From NCBI GenBank assembly GCA_904063045.1, contig CAJFCJ010000084.1, positions 1 to 64,000 of the forward strand: a stretch of DNA of 64,000 nucleotides, in the 5' to 3' direction. The position numbers were made by a program, and so were the translations under genes. Numbering within the stretch: position 1 is the stretch's first letter; the number at the start of each line of letters is the position of its first letter. The notes below the pieces were generated by a model. The model was not told where the DNA came from, ran no database searches, and worked only from the letters and a program-made list of their open reading frames with translations. Positions 1-13,200 of this stretch are shown here, piece after piece. This DNA is from Dimorphilus gyrociliatus. Its lineage: Eukaryota; Animalia; Annelida.

Positions 1-1665
1 AGAAAATAGAAAAAATTCTGGAATGTAGTAATTTGAATTATCATGATAATGATGTTAGTAATGATCGTAGTGATACCTTATTGAAAAGTGTTACAAGATC
101 AGTGAATACATTTATTTTAAAAGATTCAAATTTTCTAAATGCATCTTTAGAAAGTATTATGACTAGTACTCATCATTTTCTAATTAAATTAATCATAAAA
201 AATGCAAGTTTATATTATCCAGATCAATATCTATTGAGATATTTTCCAAATCTAAGATGTCTAGATTTAAGTGAAAATGATTATTTGATTAGTTTATCAA
301 ATATAAATAAGTACTCAACTCAACTTTGGTTTGTGAATATTTCATATACAAATTTAAAGAATCTTGAAAATGTATTTGATGGAGGAAGAGAGATGATCTC
401 AATAGATTTATCATATACAAAACTAGAGAAGATTTGTTTACAATGTTTAAATGATCAAATTTTATTAAAATATTTAAATCTTAATGGAACATTGATAAAA
501 ATCATTTGGAGAGAATCATTTGAGAATTTAAAAAATTTAAAAATTCTTTATACAAATCAATATAAGCATTGTTGTTTTGTTAAAAAGATATCAATTTTAG
601 ATATGTGTACAGCTGAACCATCATATTTTAGTACTTGTACAGATTTAATCAAATCTACTGCCCTTAAAGTTGTTATATGGATAATGGCAATTATTTCAAT
701 ATTTTTGAATTGTTTGTCAGTATTTATACAATTGAAATGTTTCAAACAGCAACTGTCAATGTTTATTCTATCCTTATCAATTTCTGATATGTTTATGGGT
801 TGTTATCTATTATCAATTGCTGTTGTTGATGAGTACTTTAGAGGTAGATATATAGAAAATGATGAAATGTGGAGGTCGTCTGCTATCTGTAAATTACTCG
901 GTGTTACTGCAACATCGGCTCTATAGGCTAGCCAATTGTTTATACTATTAATAACTACTGAAAGGTATTACGTAATAATAAAAACAATAAAATCTTTGAT
1001 AAAAGTCAAACAAAGAGAATTTTCAATGTGTTTTATATCAATTCTATGCATTTTGTTATCAATACTGTTATCATTGATACCACTGTATACTTTCAAAGAG
1101 GACACAGATTACATCAACAGTCATTTCTATTCAAAATCTGCTATTTGTCTAGCTATTCAATTGACAAATAAAAAAATCATTGGATGGAGATATTCCTTTG
1201 TTATGATTACAATATTCAGTTTTTGTATTCCAGTTATTGTTGCAGTTCTTTACATTCATTTATTCCAAAGTATTGTTGCCTTCCGAAGTTCGATTGCTAT
1301 CAAATCAAAAGAGACTATTTATAAAGAAAATGTTGATTTGTTCAAAAAGATACTACCAGTTGTATGGTCAAATATATTGGCATCAATACCAATATTTGTG
1401 CTAAGTAAACTAGTTCTTTTCAATTGAGTAGATTTAATCATAGTTTACCTGACCTTACCTTTTTGTCTTCTACACAGGTAGCCTTTCTGTTTTGTCATTA
1501 TCACCTTTAAAACCTGAAAACTATCCTTTCATTATTGGATTTGTTGTTCCAGTAAATTGTGCATTAAATCCAACTCTCTACTGTAGTAGTTTATTTGCAA
1601 GAGTGCTGAGTAGATTGAAAACAAAGAAATCTACTACAATTATTAAAGTCATAGACAAGTGTTAG
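1..1665 (+). pseudogene. 3' part of GRL101-like LGR (LRR + rhodopsin-type 7TM); 5' end outside window; one in-frame TAG in TM3
   Basis: LRRs (LRCLDLSEN, LKYLNLNGT), hinge HCCFV...CTDLI, TM2 LSISDMFMGCY, TM3 ending ERY. TAG at 924-926 is in frame with ORF 936. Intron about 1405-1477 (gtaaac...acag). Last exon has VVPVNCALNPTLY and stops at 1663-1665. Confidence 0.85.
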
Positions 1666-2579
1666 AGGTTTTTTGTTCCAATTGGTCAAAAATACAATTT
1701 TTTTTTTCAGATTGGAATATATTTCATTTTACTGAAACATATACTCAGCCCAATACTACTCAAACTTGCTACTTCTCAATAACTCCTTTAACCCCATTTA
1801 TACAAGAAAACAAAAATATTTTTTATAGGTATAAAATTGTTTTTTCAACTGTTCAATTTATTTTACTTTTGGAAAAAAATAATTTATTAATTTCAAATTT
1901 CAAAATTAATAATATTTTAATTTCATTTGAACAAAATTCAAAATCATCTTTTAATGTTAAATTTAAAACTAAATTTCAAATTTATTCAAAAGAAAATTCA
2001 AAAATATTAATTTTTGAATTTGCTATGATTGTTCAAAAAATTTGTTTAATAAATTTTTGTAATTAAAAAACAGTTATTTAAATAAATCTTTAAATAAGAT
2101 GAATATTCGCCATTTTGTTGTTTATTTATTTTTTACTACTCTTTCTACCAATTCAAACTTTTCTAATAATTATTGAATGATTTCTGCATCAGCTTCATTG
2201 ATGTTTCTGAGTGTAACCTAACCCTTAAATCGGTCTTAGACCTTATCTTGATATTGCAAAAGCGTTCTATTCTATTTCCTCTTTCTAGATGTAAAAATTT
2301 TCTGTGAGAAAAGTGATTGATGGAGAGATTTCATCTCTCTGATTTTTCTCAAATTAAATGATGGAGAGAATTTCTCAGAGTACATTTGATGGTATATCAA
2401 TTTTCTATAAAGCCCATTAAGAAAAATATCATTTGGTTTAAACTCTCCAACGATGCTGTGGTAACTTCATTCTTATCATTCTTATCCCTATCTACAACCT
2501 AATCATATTCATTTATGATATATTCAACAGGCAATTTCCTGAAAATTTGCTTTGTTCCTCAGTATTCATTTTAAGTTTA

Positions 2580-2950
2580 TCAGGTAGCCATTTTGCTGAG
2601 CGTCGAAAATATTATTGACCAACTGCAAATCCATCCAACAATTTGACACGATTTACTCATTTTGCCACTCATAGTCGTTTTCAATAAATTTCCCTCTATA
2701 ATTGATATCAAAACCGCCATACACAAATCAGAGAATGACAAACCCAAGTGGAAAGGATTCCTCTGTTTCCTTTCTCTTACTATTCCTCTAAATATTAGAG
2801 AAATGAAAGTTGTGGGAAGAAGAATTGAATGAATCATCTTGGATCCTAAAAGATCTGTACATGAATTAAACAACGAATTGGTAGTCTGCAATGGAACATC
2901 ACAGAGTGTTTCCTATCAGTAGGTGAACTATAGTATAGGTGTTTGTCAAA
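2580..2950 (-). pseudogene. Relic of a GRL101-like LGR hinge-TM3 region
   Basis: SCTDLL, LSFSDLCMAV and CQIVGW resemble CTDLI, LSISDMFMG and CKLLGV of the gene at 1-1665; frameshifted and truncated. Confidence 0.55.
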
Positions 2951-2999
2951 TGATCATTATATTCCTATTCTGTTAGTATGCAATCTTTTTTCCAATTGT

Positions 3000-4900
3000 T
3001 TAGACAAAATCCAAAATCCCACTATTTTTAAATTGACAAACATCCATCACAGAATTTTAAGAATCCATTTCCCACACCACAAATTTCCCCACAAGTTGAT
3101 CAATCATTTATTAACCTAAACTACAAGAATGTAAATCCTACTTTAGTCACAGTTACCTTCAAACATACATGGTATGGTTGTTAACTATGGTAATGTGGTT
3201 TTTGAAAAATCACGAAGCAGTGTAGAAGGAATTTGGAAATATTTGTTTTAGATATGTTTTTCTTCCTCTACTCCTAAATTACAATATGTTAAATTAATTT
3301 CTTGTAATGTCTTTAGAGATGGTTTAAATCCTTCAACAATTGATTCAATTCCAATGTTCAACTGTTGATTTACAGATATATCAACATTTTCTAGGAAAGC
3401 ACAATGTTTTTGCATCATACATTCTCCTTGCTCAGCATTTAAATTACGTGTTGAACAACTTACGAATATATTTTTATTATGCTTGAAACTATTATGATAG
3501 GCCTAATACTTATGCCACTCCCAAACCACTTAATAAAACACATTAACCTTTGGCCAAGTTATAATTTAATTAACTTTCATAAAAGACAACCATTATGTCT
3601 AGTGGACTTTGTGACATCCTCTTACTAAAGATAAACATAAACTAGAGCATTTAGCAACTGCAAACTGATGATTGGATATCAGTGACAAACCAAAGAATAT
3701 ATATAAACTCTTGTAGTTTTATTCGAGTCAGAGAGACAGAAAGCCTTCTCTCTCCTCTCTATCTCTACCTCTTGATTTGAGAAGATAACCTGGAAACAAG
3801 CAGAAGTCCGCAACTTCTACTCTTCCTGGTTGAAAGCTACTTGGTAACTTGGCAGTTGCTACAAACTATCTACCCTGCTATTGAACTTTCTTATAACTAC
3901 TTGCTTAAGTATCTATTTTGAATAAATCATTTAAAATTAAACATTTTTGTTTAATGGTTCGAGTAGAAGCAGTACTGTTAGAATTCTCAAACACACAACT
4001 AAGTTAAGCAGAAGCAGTACAGTGTTGATGAATTGACTTCTTTTAAAGTTTGTCAAGAAGATCTCAATCCTTTACAGATAGTTTTGAATTCATTTCCCAG
4101 TTCATATTTAAAGATATATCAATTCTTTTCGATGAAGAACATAACTTTAACGTATTCCAATGACGAACAAAGTTGAAATGCATTTCCAAAAGACTTTGCC
4201 TGTTCATCATTTAAATTACAATGAGATATTTTAAACTGTTAGAAGACGATTTTAGTCCTTCACAAATTGCTTTATTACCAGTTTCCATTGTATTGTTAAA
4301 AGATAAATGGATAGTTTCTAAAAAAGAACAATTTTGAAAACTTTCAGTAAAATATCTTTCTTATCTAAATCTACTAAATTGCATCTAGAAATCATAATTT
4401 CTGTTAATGTATCTGAGGATGACTTGAGACCTTCAAGAATTATTCTGAACCCTAAATTTCCTATATCCATATTATAAGATAGGTGAATTGTTTCTAAAGA
4501 AGAGCATTGCTGTGTAAAGTATCTATCCCCTAAGCCCTTTTGATTGCTCATCATTTAGTTTACATGACACAACATGGACTTGTTTTAGACACTTTGAAGA
4601 TTTTCTGAGTCCTTCCTTCCCATTTCTGCATTATGTGATAAGGCAACTTCTTCTACTGAAGAGCAAACTCCAAGGGCTTCTCCAAAATAGTCTTGCCCGT
4701 TCAGCATTTAAATTACAATTACATTCATTAAAGTGTTGGTTACCCTTTCAAGTCCTTTACAAATTGACGTAAATCCATTTCCGATATTTGCATTACCAGC
4801 TATGCTACAACAATTCAATGCATCGCCCAGAGATTTGGCCTCCTTATTCATTAAATTACAATTATTTACAGCTCTAACCTGTTTTTCTTTTAGTTCCCAG
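3000..4900 (-). pseudogene. RI-type LRR gene relic interrupted by a solo LTR
   Basis: Fragments LENVDISVNQQLNIGIESIVEGFKPSLKTLQEINLTYCNL and LETIHLSYNMDIGNLGFRIILEGLKSSSDTLTEIMISRCNL match the repeat of ORF 29177-30703; many stops. Confidence 0.75.
3452..4021 (+). mobile_element. Solo LTR (family A) with 4-bp target-site duplication GTGT
   Basis: Termini TGAACA...AGTACA; GTGT at 3448-3451 and 4022-4025; TATA at about 3698 and AATAAA at 3921; related copies at 34439-35061, 35620-36011, 40746-40880 and 62228-62318. Confidence 0.85.
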
Positions 4901-6949
4901 TAAAAATCAATATATTCAATTCACCAATCAGCCATTAAACTGATCCTTTAGTCCCTACTATATTAATCTCTCAACCATAACATAAAGTAAGAAATGACCA
5001 TTTATGTCCCAGGAGAAATAGTAAAGAAACAGTGGAAACAAATGAGTTGGGGAAATTTGTTTCAGTTTATCAATAGAGCCAAACAACTCATAAAAACTCC
5101 TCTTCACAAAGAAAACACAAATGGCTCAGCAAATGATTATAACAATGAAAGAAATGAAATGGATGGAAATTTTATAAAAGGGATTACAAGTAGATAATTT
5201 GCATTTGCTAAATACCCTACACCTTAGACATCATACAAAATATTCCTCTAGCTAATTAACAGTATAGAAAAACTCACTGATCACACTCAGTATTGGAAGA
5301 AGAACCCCATTTACAAAAATTGGATACACTGGATAATTTGAGCATATCTGGCAGTGATAAAATTCAATATATTGTCTACTTTTCTGACAATGATGAATCT
5401 ACTTGTCACTTTTTGAAGAGTAAACAATATGAGAGAAACTCTCTCAACTTTTGTTGGCCATTTCCAAACAAATACTTATTTTCAGTTTGAAGCTTTAATA
5501 GATAATTGGAGTGGCAGATCTTTTATCTCTAAAAAAGTAGTAAAACACATAAATGGAAAAGCATTCTTTCGAGAACAAAGTGTTAAAACTGCTAGAGTTG
5601 CTTCTGGAAATGCAATAGATAGAGTCAAAAACAGACTATTTATTTAGCCAACAGTAACTAACCCTGTTTGACAATAGTTTAATTTCCTCTTTTGACAAAC
5701 TCTCATTTATGATTAGAAAATGTCCAACATAGATGGGTTAGGGTTAATGACACTAATGGCTGACAATCTAATTTGCAATTGGAAAATATGTACAGTGGTT
5801 TCAGATATTTAACAAAAGCATTACTTATTTCGACAAAATTTACAAATTTAAAAATGGAACAGGAATGACAAGATTTTTTAGATGAGTTAAAAAAATGTTA
5901 GCAAAGGAGTAGCTTTTGAAAAATCAGTTAGTTCATTTTAACATAATAGGCCAAATAATCCATAAAGATTACTCCCCAATTACTCTTGGTATCTATCAAG
6001 CTAAGCAGAAGCAGTCCATCAATTATCTTTAATAATCCAGTATCTGTAATATTAAACATTTTTCTTTGATTTTAGAACAATCTGTCAACAATTTTCCAAT
6101 TTGTATACATTGATTTTCAGTTTGTTCTTTCTATTTCCAAGATGTCTTCTTACAGCTAAATGTGACTCAAAAAAGTGGAAATAAAATAGCTCATTTCCAT
6201 CATGTGGATGCTGAATGGTTGTAACTGCAACCTAGAGGTTTTTGATAAGTGAATATAGAAATGATACTCAAAACGTTCAACAGCTATTGATTTGTACTTA
6301 AGGGCAATCCATCTAAGTGTTAGGAGTAAAATCCTGTTTATGTATACAAAATGATGTCATTGGATTGGATTTTCCAACTGATACAAAATCTCCAATCTCC
6401 ACACTACAAATGATACGCTTAAGGCAACAAACACATTTAGAGTAAATGTGTTTTATATGTGTAATTACCTATTTAAATAATACATGTATATACATCTGAT
6501 ATCTTTTATTTAGAATGATGAAATCAATGCTGAGAGTTTGTCAGTATTTAGAAGTAAATCTATTATGTCAATTTCAATCAAACCGAGGTATTCTGCCATA
6601 TAATTTCTTTCTTATTGAAACAATAGAAAATGATATTTATTTTTAATTGAAAGACAAAAATTCCAATCTCAGTGATTGCTTTCCTTCTTAAAAAATGATT
6701 TAAATTCTACTGGAATTGTTGGCTATAAAGCTAAACAAAGAAATAGCTGTTGAAGCAGATTTACTAAAATTTCAAATTAGCCTCAGATTTCCTTGTGAAG
6801 GAAGTATCAATCTTGTAAAATAGTATAGAATTAATCCTAATGATATTGGTGATATTGGTAGCAGCAATAGTCTATTGTTAATCATTGATTTTTATGAAAA
6901 AATAGAATTGAAAACACACACACAAAAGTGTTTGTTTTTGATGAATTAA

Positions 6950-7390
6950 CAAAGTCCTTCACATTGGTTGAATCTTTCAATCTTATTGATTGATTGATTG
7001 ATTGATTCTGTTTTGGATATTTTTTTCAATTATCTGATGACTGACCGAGTCCTTCACAAATGCCTGATATTCCAGTTGACATTCCATTTTATTCTGTTCT
7101 AAATTGAACTTTCCTCTGTTGGGGCAACTTTTCAACAGTTTTCCTACATGTCTACTTTTTTTTCGACTGAAAGACAGTTTCCAAAACTAATATGTCCGTT
7201 AGAGTATTTAATGACTGAAGAAGCCCTATACAAATATCAGATGTTTAATCAACTTTAGAAAACCTTCAGAAATGACTGCTAATATTATTTTCCATTAACC
7301 TAATCTTTAAATAAGGAAAACTGTAGAGAAATAAGTGATTTATTTAAGACATGTTCAAATATTGAAACAATCAGTTTGTCAGGGAACCTT
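6950..7390. pseudogene. Short RI-type LRR relics in both orientations
   Basis: Plus strand about 7305-7390 reads LNKENCREISDLFKTCSNIETISLSGN; minus strand about 7030-7100 reads MSTGISGICEGLGQSSDN. Confidence 0.55.
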
Positions 7391-7838
7391 AAGAGTCTTG
7401 TATTTTCTCCTTTTGACTATTACCAACAGTTGCATAGTGTAAAATTAGTCTGAGTGCAAATGAATGTTTTGAATACTAACCCTAACCTAAAATGTAAAAT
7501 GTGAAGAAGCCTGATAGTAGAGTACTGGTACAAATAGAATTCAGGTGACAAATGATTGGAAGAGAGCGAATTTGAAGCTAACAAATGGCTTTGCTTTTAA
7601 AGCAGAGGATTGAAAGGGAATGAGGGAAAAGAATAAGATCTAAATGTGTCCAAGAACAGAGAGGATACTTATCACCAGCTGAAATTTGAAAAAAGTACAA
7701 ACATTTTTGTTTGAAACCAACAATAATTAATCAAATGTTAATAGTATCTGTACGGCAAGGATTTGTCAATTAGGGGGCGCTTTATATGTATTTTGGTTGT
7801 CATGACTACTACCGAGGTTATAGTCTACTTGGTCAAGA

Positions 7839-9098
7839 ATGGCGTCGAACACACTCTCTGACATTTACAACTTTGCAAAACCCGAATATATATCAGGTTT
7901 GCGGTCATCTCTGTTGTTTAATCCATTTACTGAAATGAAAATTGAGATAGTAAAGAAGATAATAAAAAAGAAAATGAAAGATTCAAAAACTATGAGAATA
8001 GATGAATGGTTGGACGAAAAATCTGAATATCGAAATGATATTTTCCTTACCATGATTATGACTTATCGACTTAAGCATGAAGATAGAAAACAGATAATGT
8101 CTGATTTAGATGTTGTTAAGGATATACCTAAATTATTTATTTATGCCCATGAAACAATTCTATCAAGTGATAGTAAAGCTGTTTTCTCACCTTTAAGAGA
8201 CATTCTAAATATTGTCTGGAATGGATCACACTGTTCTGCAAAGTTTGGCAGAAAATGTTACAATGATGGTGTTGTAAAGCTAATTGTTAAAAAGTTGTTA
8301 ACTAATTGGAGGTTTTCATCAACTAGTGTTTCAGATAAAACATTTGATTTAAATAAAAAGGAGAGAAGGCGTCTCCTTGTTGGTTATTTATCAATTTTAA
8401 ATAATATATTAAGATTAAATGATGATTTAAGAAAACCAATTAGAAATTTAGGATGTGTTGAAGTAATTTGTAAACTAAAAGAAAATATAATTAATGATCC
8501 AAAAAAATCCTCTGATACTGCATGTTTAACAATTTTATCATATCTTATTATTCATGAAGATGAAATTGAGATGATCAAGATGAAAGAAGAGAATGTGTTA
8601 TATCTAGAAAGTAACTTAGAGAGCTCTTTACAATCTGCTGAACATTTTGATACTGTTAAAGGTCTACTCTCTGATAGTCTTATAGCAATCAATCATCTAG
8701 CAGTTAATGATGAGAATAAGATACTCATGATTAGGTATATTCCTCTTTTATCAGACACAGTTCAAAAAGCTCTAACTGGAGATGAACAAGAATTAGCAAT
8801 CAGGTGCTTAAAAACTCTCATTTTGAGCATGAATTGTAAAAAAGTACTCAAGCAGAAGAAATATATAATAATTATAAAAAGAGCAGCAGAAAAAGGCATG
8901 AATTCAACTGTTAAAGAACTGGCAAAAACTCTCCTGACAGAAATTGAAAAGCAAGCTGTGATGCCAACAAAAGCTCCTCCTGAATGTGCACAAAAAGATC
9001 CAGAGGAAAGGTTGATGTTAAAGAGGAAACAGCCATTAACAAGAGGATTTATTAGCAAGAAAAAGTGCTCTCCTGAGGAAAATGTTAAAAAAAAATAA
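7839..9098 (+). CDS. Intronless armadillo/HEAT-like helical repeat protein (419 aa)
   Basis: Uninterrupted 1.26-kb ORF in AT-rich DNA; amphipathic helical repeats with LSILNNILR, LGCVEVI and INHLAVNDENK, which resemble ARM motifs. Confidence 0.65.
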   Translation: MASNTLSDIYNFAKPEYISGLRSSLLFNPFTEMKIEIVKKIIKKKMKDSKTMRIDEWLDEKSEYRNDIFLTMIMTYRLKHEDRKQIMSDLDVVKDIPKLFIYAHETILSSDSKAVFSPLRDILNIVWNGSHCSAKFGRKCYNDGVVKLIVKKLLTNWRFSSTSVSDKTFDLNKKERRRLLVGYLSILNNILRLNDDLRKPIRNLGCVEVICKLKENIINDPKKSSDTACLTILSYLIIHEDEIEMIKMKEENVLYLESNLESSLQSAEHFDTVKGLLSDSLIAINHLAVNDENKILMIRYIPLLSDTVQKALTGDEQELAIRCLKTLILSMNCKKVLKQKKYIIIIKRAAEKGMNSTVKELAKTLLTEIEKQAVMPTKAPPECAQKDPEERLMLKRKQPLTRGFISKKKCSPEENVKKK

Positions 9099-10240
9099 AC
9101 AAACTCAAAGAGACTTCACAGACAAAATGGATACAAATTCATAGATGATATTGCAGGATTTTAAATTTGATTCTAGTACATATCAGATACAATTTTACAA
9201 TAAATGTATTCATTTTATTTGAAAGAGTACTAAATACAAATTATTCTAGAATCATTTTTCCTCATATAAATTTCTTTTTTCATTTGTGTCATGATCACTT
9301 CTCCTAAAGTAAAAAAGTATTCTGATAGAGTTGTGTCATTCTTTCAGAAAACAATTTGTTCAGACTTTTCAAGATAGTTTGGTGTGTATTTGGAAGTAGT
9401 TTTAAATCAACACTACTATAGAATAATAGGTGATTGGGACAATTATTCACCACTAATCATAGGCAATCAGATATAAGCTTTCTGTAACTGTCAGTTACTA
9501 CTCAGCTGCTGAATAGTTCTCCAACTTTACTCAATACATTTCATTTTGAAAATACAAGCTATTTGTTGTTAGTTTTACACCCAATGTACAGTTTCAAATC
9601 CTTTGGAAATAACCCCTCCAATTTCATAGATTTGATAGCTGCACATTGTTCATGACTGATACAATACAACTTTTCAAACCTTGAGTGAAAATTAAATTAT
9701 GAAGTGCTTAGACGAAATGCCATTTGTAAGGACAATTACAAAACTTGAGGGTTAGGAATAATGGAAAAGGGTTGGGTTACAAATGATGTATTTGTGAACA
9801 TCACATAGTGTGTATGTGTATGGAATAACAACTGAATTATATCCTACAAGGATATATGTCAACCCATTAAAAGACAATGAACATAAGGATTTATTAATGG
9901 ATTAACTGGTAATAAGAATCCAATCTACATTCAGACAACTTTAAATAAACTATATTGTTTATATTTGTTATTTTCCATTTATTTAAATATCTATTTTTAG
10001 AAAAACCCCAACCTCAAGCCCTAACCATTTTCTATTTCTTTCAAAATCAAATTTCCTTCAGTCATATTTTAATGAAACAAGAAATAAATTAATGTTTAAA
10101 AGAAAGTATTCAATTTCAAATATTTTAAAACTGAAGCAAAGTTATTGAAATTTATTATTTTTGTTTTATTAAAATTACAAACATGACATACATTTTAGAA
10201 GAAACTTTACCTGAAAAAAATCTACACTTTTCAAGTTAAA

Positions 10241-13200
10241 ATGACAAAAAATCACTGTTTCATTGTACGAACTCTAGTTTTAATATTACCAAGTTTTCCT
10301 AATCTAATTAGAGTGTTGGGTGCAATGAATGGAAGTGTTTTCTTGGATATAATTGAAGAAACTGATGAGTTTGTCACTGGCAATATTGTTTTTAATGAAA
10401 CCAGTCTGATTAGAGAATACGCTGTCAAATACATTCAATATGAATCAGTTGGTAATCCATTTTCTAACCACACAGCTATGAGAAATCTTTGCAAAAAATT
10501 TGGATATGACTCATTCTACTACTTTGTTAAACTTGGCTATACAAAGAGGACATTTTGCAGTATTTGGACTATTTCAAACAATGGAGATATATTTACAGAA
10601 ATTAAACTTTATAAATGTAAAGGATCTGTTTTGAAATGTTTTAAAGCAACTATTCGCCATTGTAAGCTTAGGCTGAAGAGAACTAACCTTTGAAGTTAAT
10701 CATTTTAAACTATTTTGCAGATATTTTTACAGTTTTGCAGAAAAACAACAACTATATGCTTTATTACAAATTGGATAAAAGCCTTTATCATATGTACAAC
10801 TTAGAAGAGAATAGAAGAAAAGAAATTTGCAAGAAATCATTGTTTTCTCTATTGAAAGATGGCTCTATTTCACACTATATTAATAAAACATCAATGGTGT
10901 TCATAGCTGTAAATGCAACAGTGTATAAATTTCAAAAATATTTCAAAAAATCAGTTCAGAGTTGTAGTTTTGAAGAGTTGGAAGTTGAGTTTTAAAATTA
11001 TTTTTCATTTACTTTTATTTTAATTTTTTTTTTTTTACAGATTTGAAGGTAATAAAAAGAAATGATTTGAAAATTATCTTTCGCGATATTTACGGAAATT
11101 CCCCACAAAAATACTCTTTAATCACAAAATCTCTACTTGTAATTCCAATTGTTTTTGATCAAAATATCAATATTGAAAGTGCAAATGCATACATTTGCAA
11201 TAAGGTATACAACTCAAATGGTCTTGATTCAATGGACTATAAACACTCTGCCAGAGTTTGTATTTGGATACTAGAGAAAATGTCCACTCTCCACCTCAGT
11301 GCACATTATCTCTTTTATTCTTTTTAATTCTTCACAAATAATGACCTTGACATTTAAAGTCTAGGGCAGTTTTATTTGGTTGTAAATTGAATAAAGATAC
11401 ATATAATACTGAAGGTTGTTATTTTAAACTCTTAACTAAACCAATGTCTAATGCATATGAAGTTAACCCAATTTGTCACCCAAAATTTAAGAATGGTATT
11501 TAAATATTAAGAAAATTTTTTCTACACCCAAAATAAAATAGTATATATTTTTTTTTTATAATTAAAGTTACTGGAGAGTATTTTCAAATTTGAAATTTTC
11601 ACTTCAAATTTTCAAACGAGAAACATATTTTGACATTGGAATGATTCTTGTTCAACTACAAAATGAATCCTTTCAAAGAGTTTTACAATATAGAGATCTA
11701 CCTTTAAAATTATCAAATAAGATTTGTAGACAACTTGGATATGATTTTTTACATTCATTTACTTTGTACTCAAAATTTAAAAATACATATAATCTAACAG
11801 CAATTTTTCAGAGTATGCATTTTGAAATTCTGTAAATATTTTTTTGTTAAATAATTGATTTAATTTTTAAAAAAAAATGTGTTTCCCCCCCCTTCCCTCC
11901 CCTGGTATTACTAAGATCAGCAAGGCATTCTGTTATCTATCGAGAAACATTTATAAAATGCTTTAAAAAAAATGAGTCATGTAAATATGAAAAGAGTTGA
12001 AATTTATTTTTACCAAATCAATTTTTTTCCTCTCTCACAAAAGATTATTTTGGATCGTATTACAGTGAATATCACCTATGGCTCATAAAAAATAACACCC
12101 ATTTTGCCCTTTTTACCAATGGTGCTGGAAAAGAACTTGCACATTTGTGTGAAAAGTCAGAATTTGGGCTTAGCTTTAACAATCTGAAAGCCAGTGAAAA
12201 AGTTATTCTATTAGACAAGAATGGAAAGACTATAAATCAGACTACATTTTCTAATGAAATTTTTTATAATAGAACTTGGAAGAGAGTGTTTTGTCACCTT
12301 CTGGAAATGAAAGGTCATTTTTTTTATTGAAGTAATCCCCACAATGATTTTTCTTCTGTAAAATAGATTTCACAGTCAAACAAATAGAAAAACTTACAGA
12401 TTTGCCTTATAAAATCACCAGTAAAGGAGATTTAAAGTCCGCCTATTATATTGAATCTAAAAGTTTTGGTCCTGTATACCCAATAGCTGATTCTATGAAA
12501 AATGCTAATAGCCTTTGCAAGATTATTTGTAGTATGATTTCAAAGGATGTTGATGAATATGGCTGCCCTAAAAAAGTTGTAGAAAGTGATGTTAGTATCT
12601 TATGTAACATTCCTGAATGGTTGTGTAATGGAAGACCATTCACTGGTTCTGAGTTAGTAAATGGTTAGCAGAAATATACCATTAGCTGATTTTTAAAAGG
12701 GATCTTGTCCAAAGGGCTATATTAGTAATGAGAAGGAATAGTGCATGTTTTCCATTAGACACTTTCTAAACAAGAAAAAAAAAACAATGACAATTTTTCC
12801 ATCAATTTTTCTAGCAACCATATTTTACATTTTGCTTAAGACCATATATTTTTGTGTGCAAAATTTCAAAGGAATATGCTGTCAAGAAATATTTAAGTCT
12901 AGTGGCTCCCATTTGCCGTGATGTAATAACTAATAATAGTAAGTCAATACCTTAACAATTGAATTGAACTAAACAAAAAATTTATTCTGATGTCAAAAGC
13001 CTTCAGATTGTTTGGTAATAGAACAATATTTTATTATAATGAAAAACCTCCTAAAGGACATTTAAAACAGTTTACTGGAATATTACAAATGTATCATTCA
13101 AATGGGAAATGGTTTACTTTTAAATATTTGAATTATCATAATGTTCAGAAAGTTTGTTCATTTTTTGGTTTCACTTTTGGAACAATTGTTCACCTTCCAT

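Noticed and set aside
1659-2066. 135-aa ORF (similarly 19170-19517, 37378-37875, 39133-39444)
   Set aside because: Low-complexity AT-rich or microsatellite/intron read-through with no recognisable motifs.
4994-5647. NACHT domain in the short plus-strand ORFs
   Set aside because: No Walker A and only a vague Walker-B-like patch.
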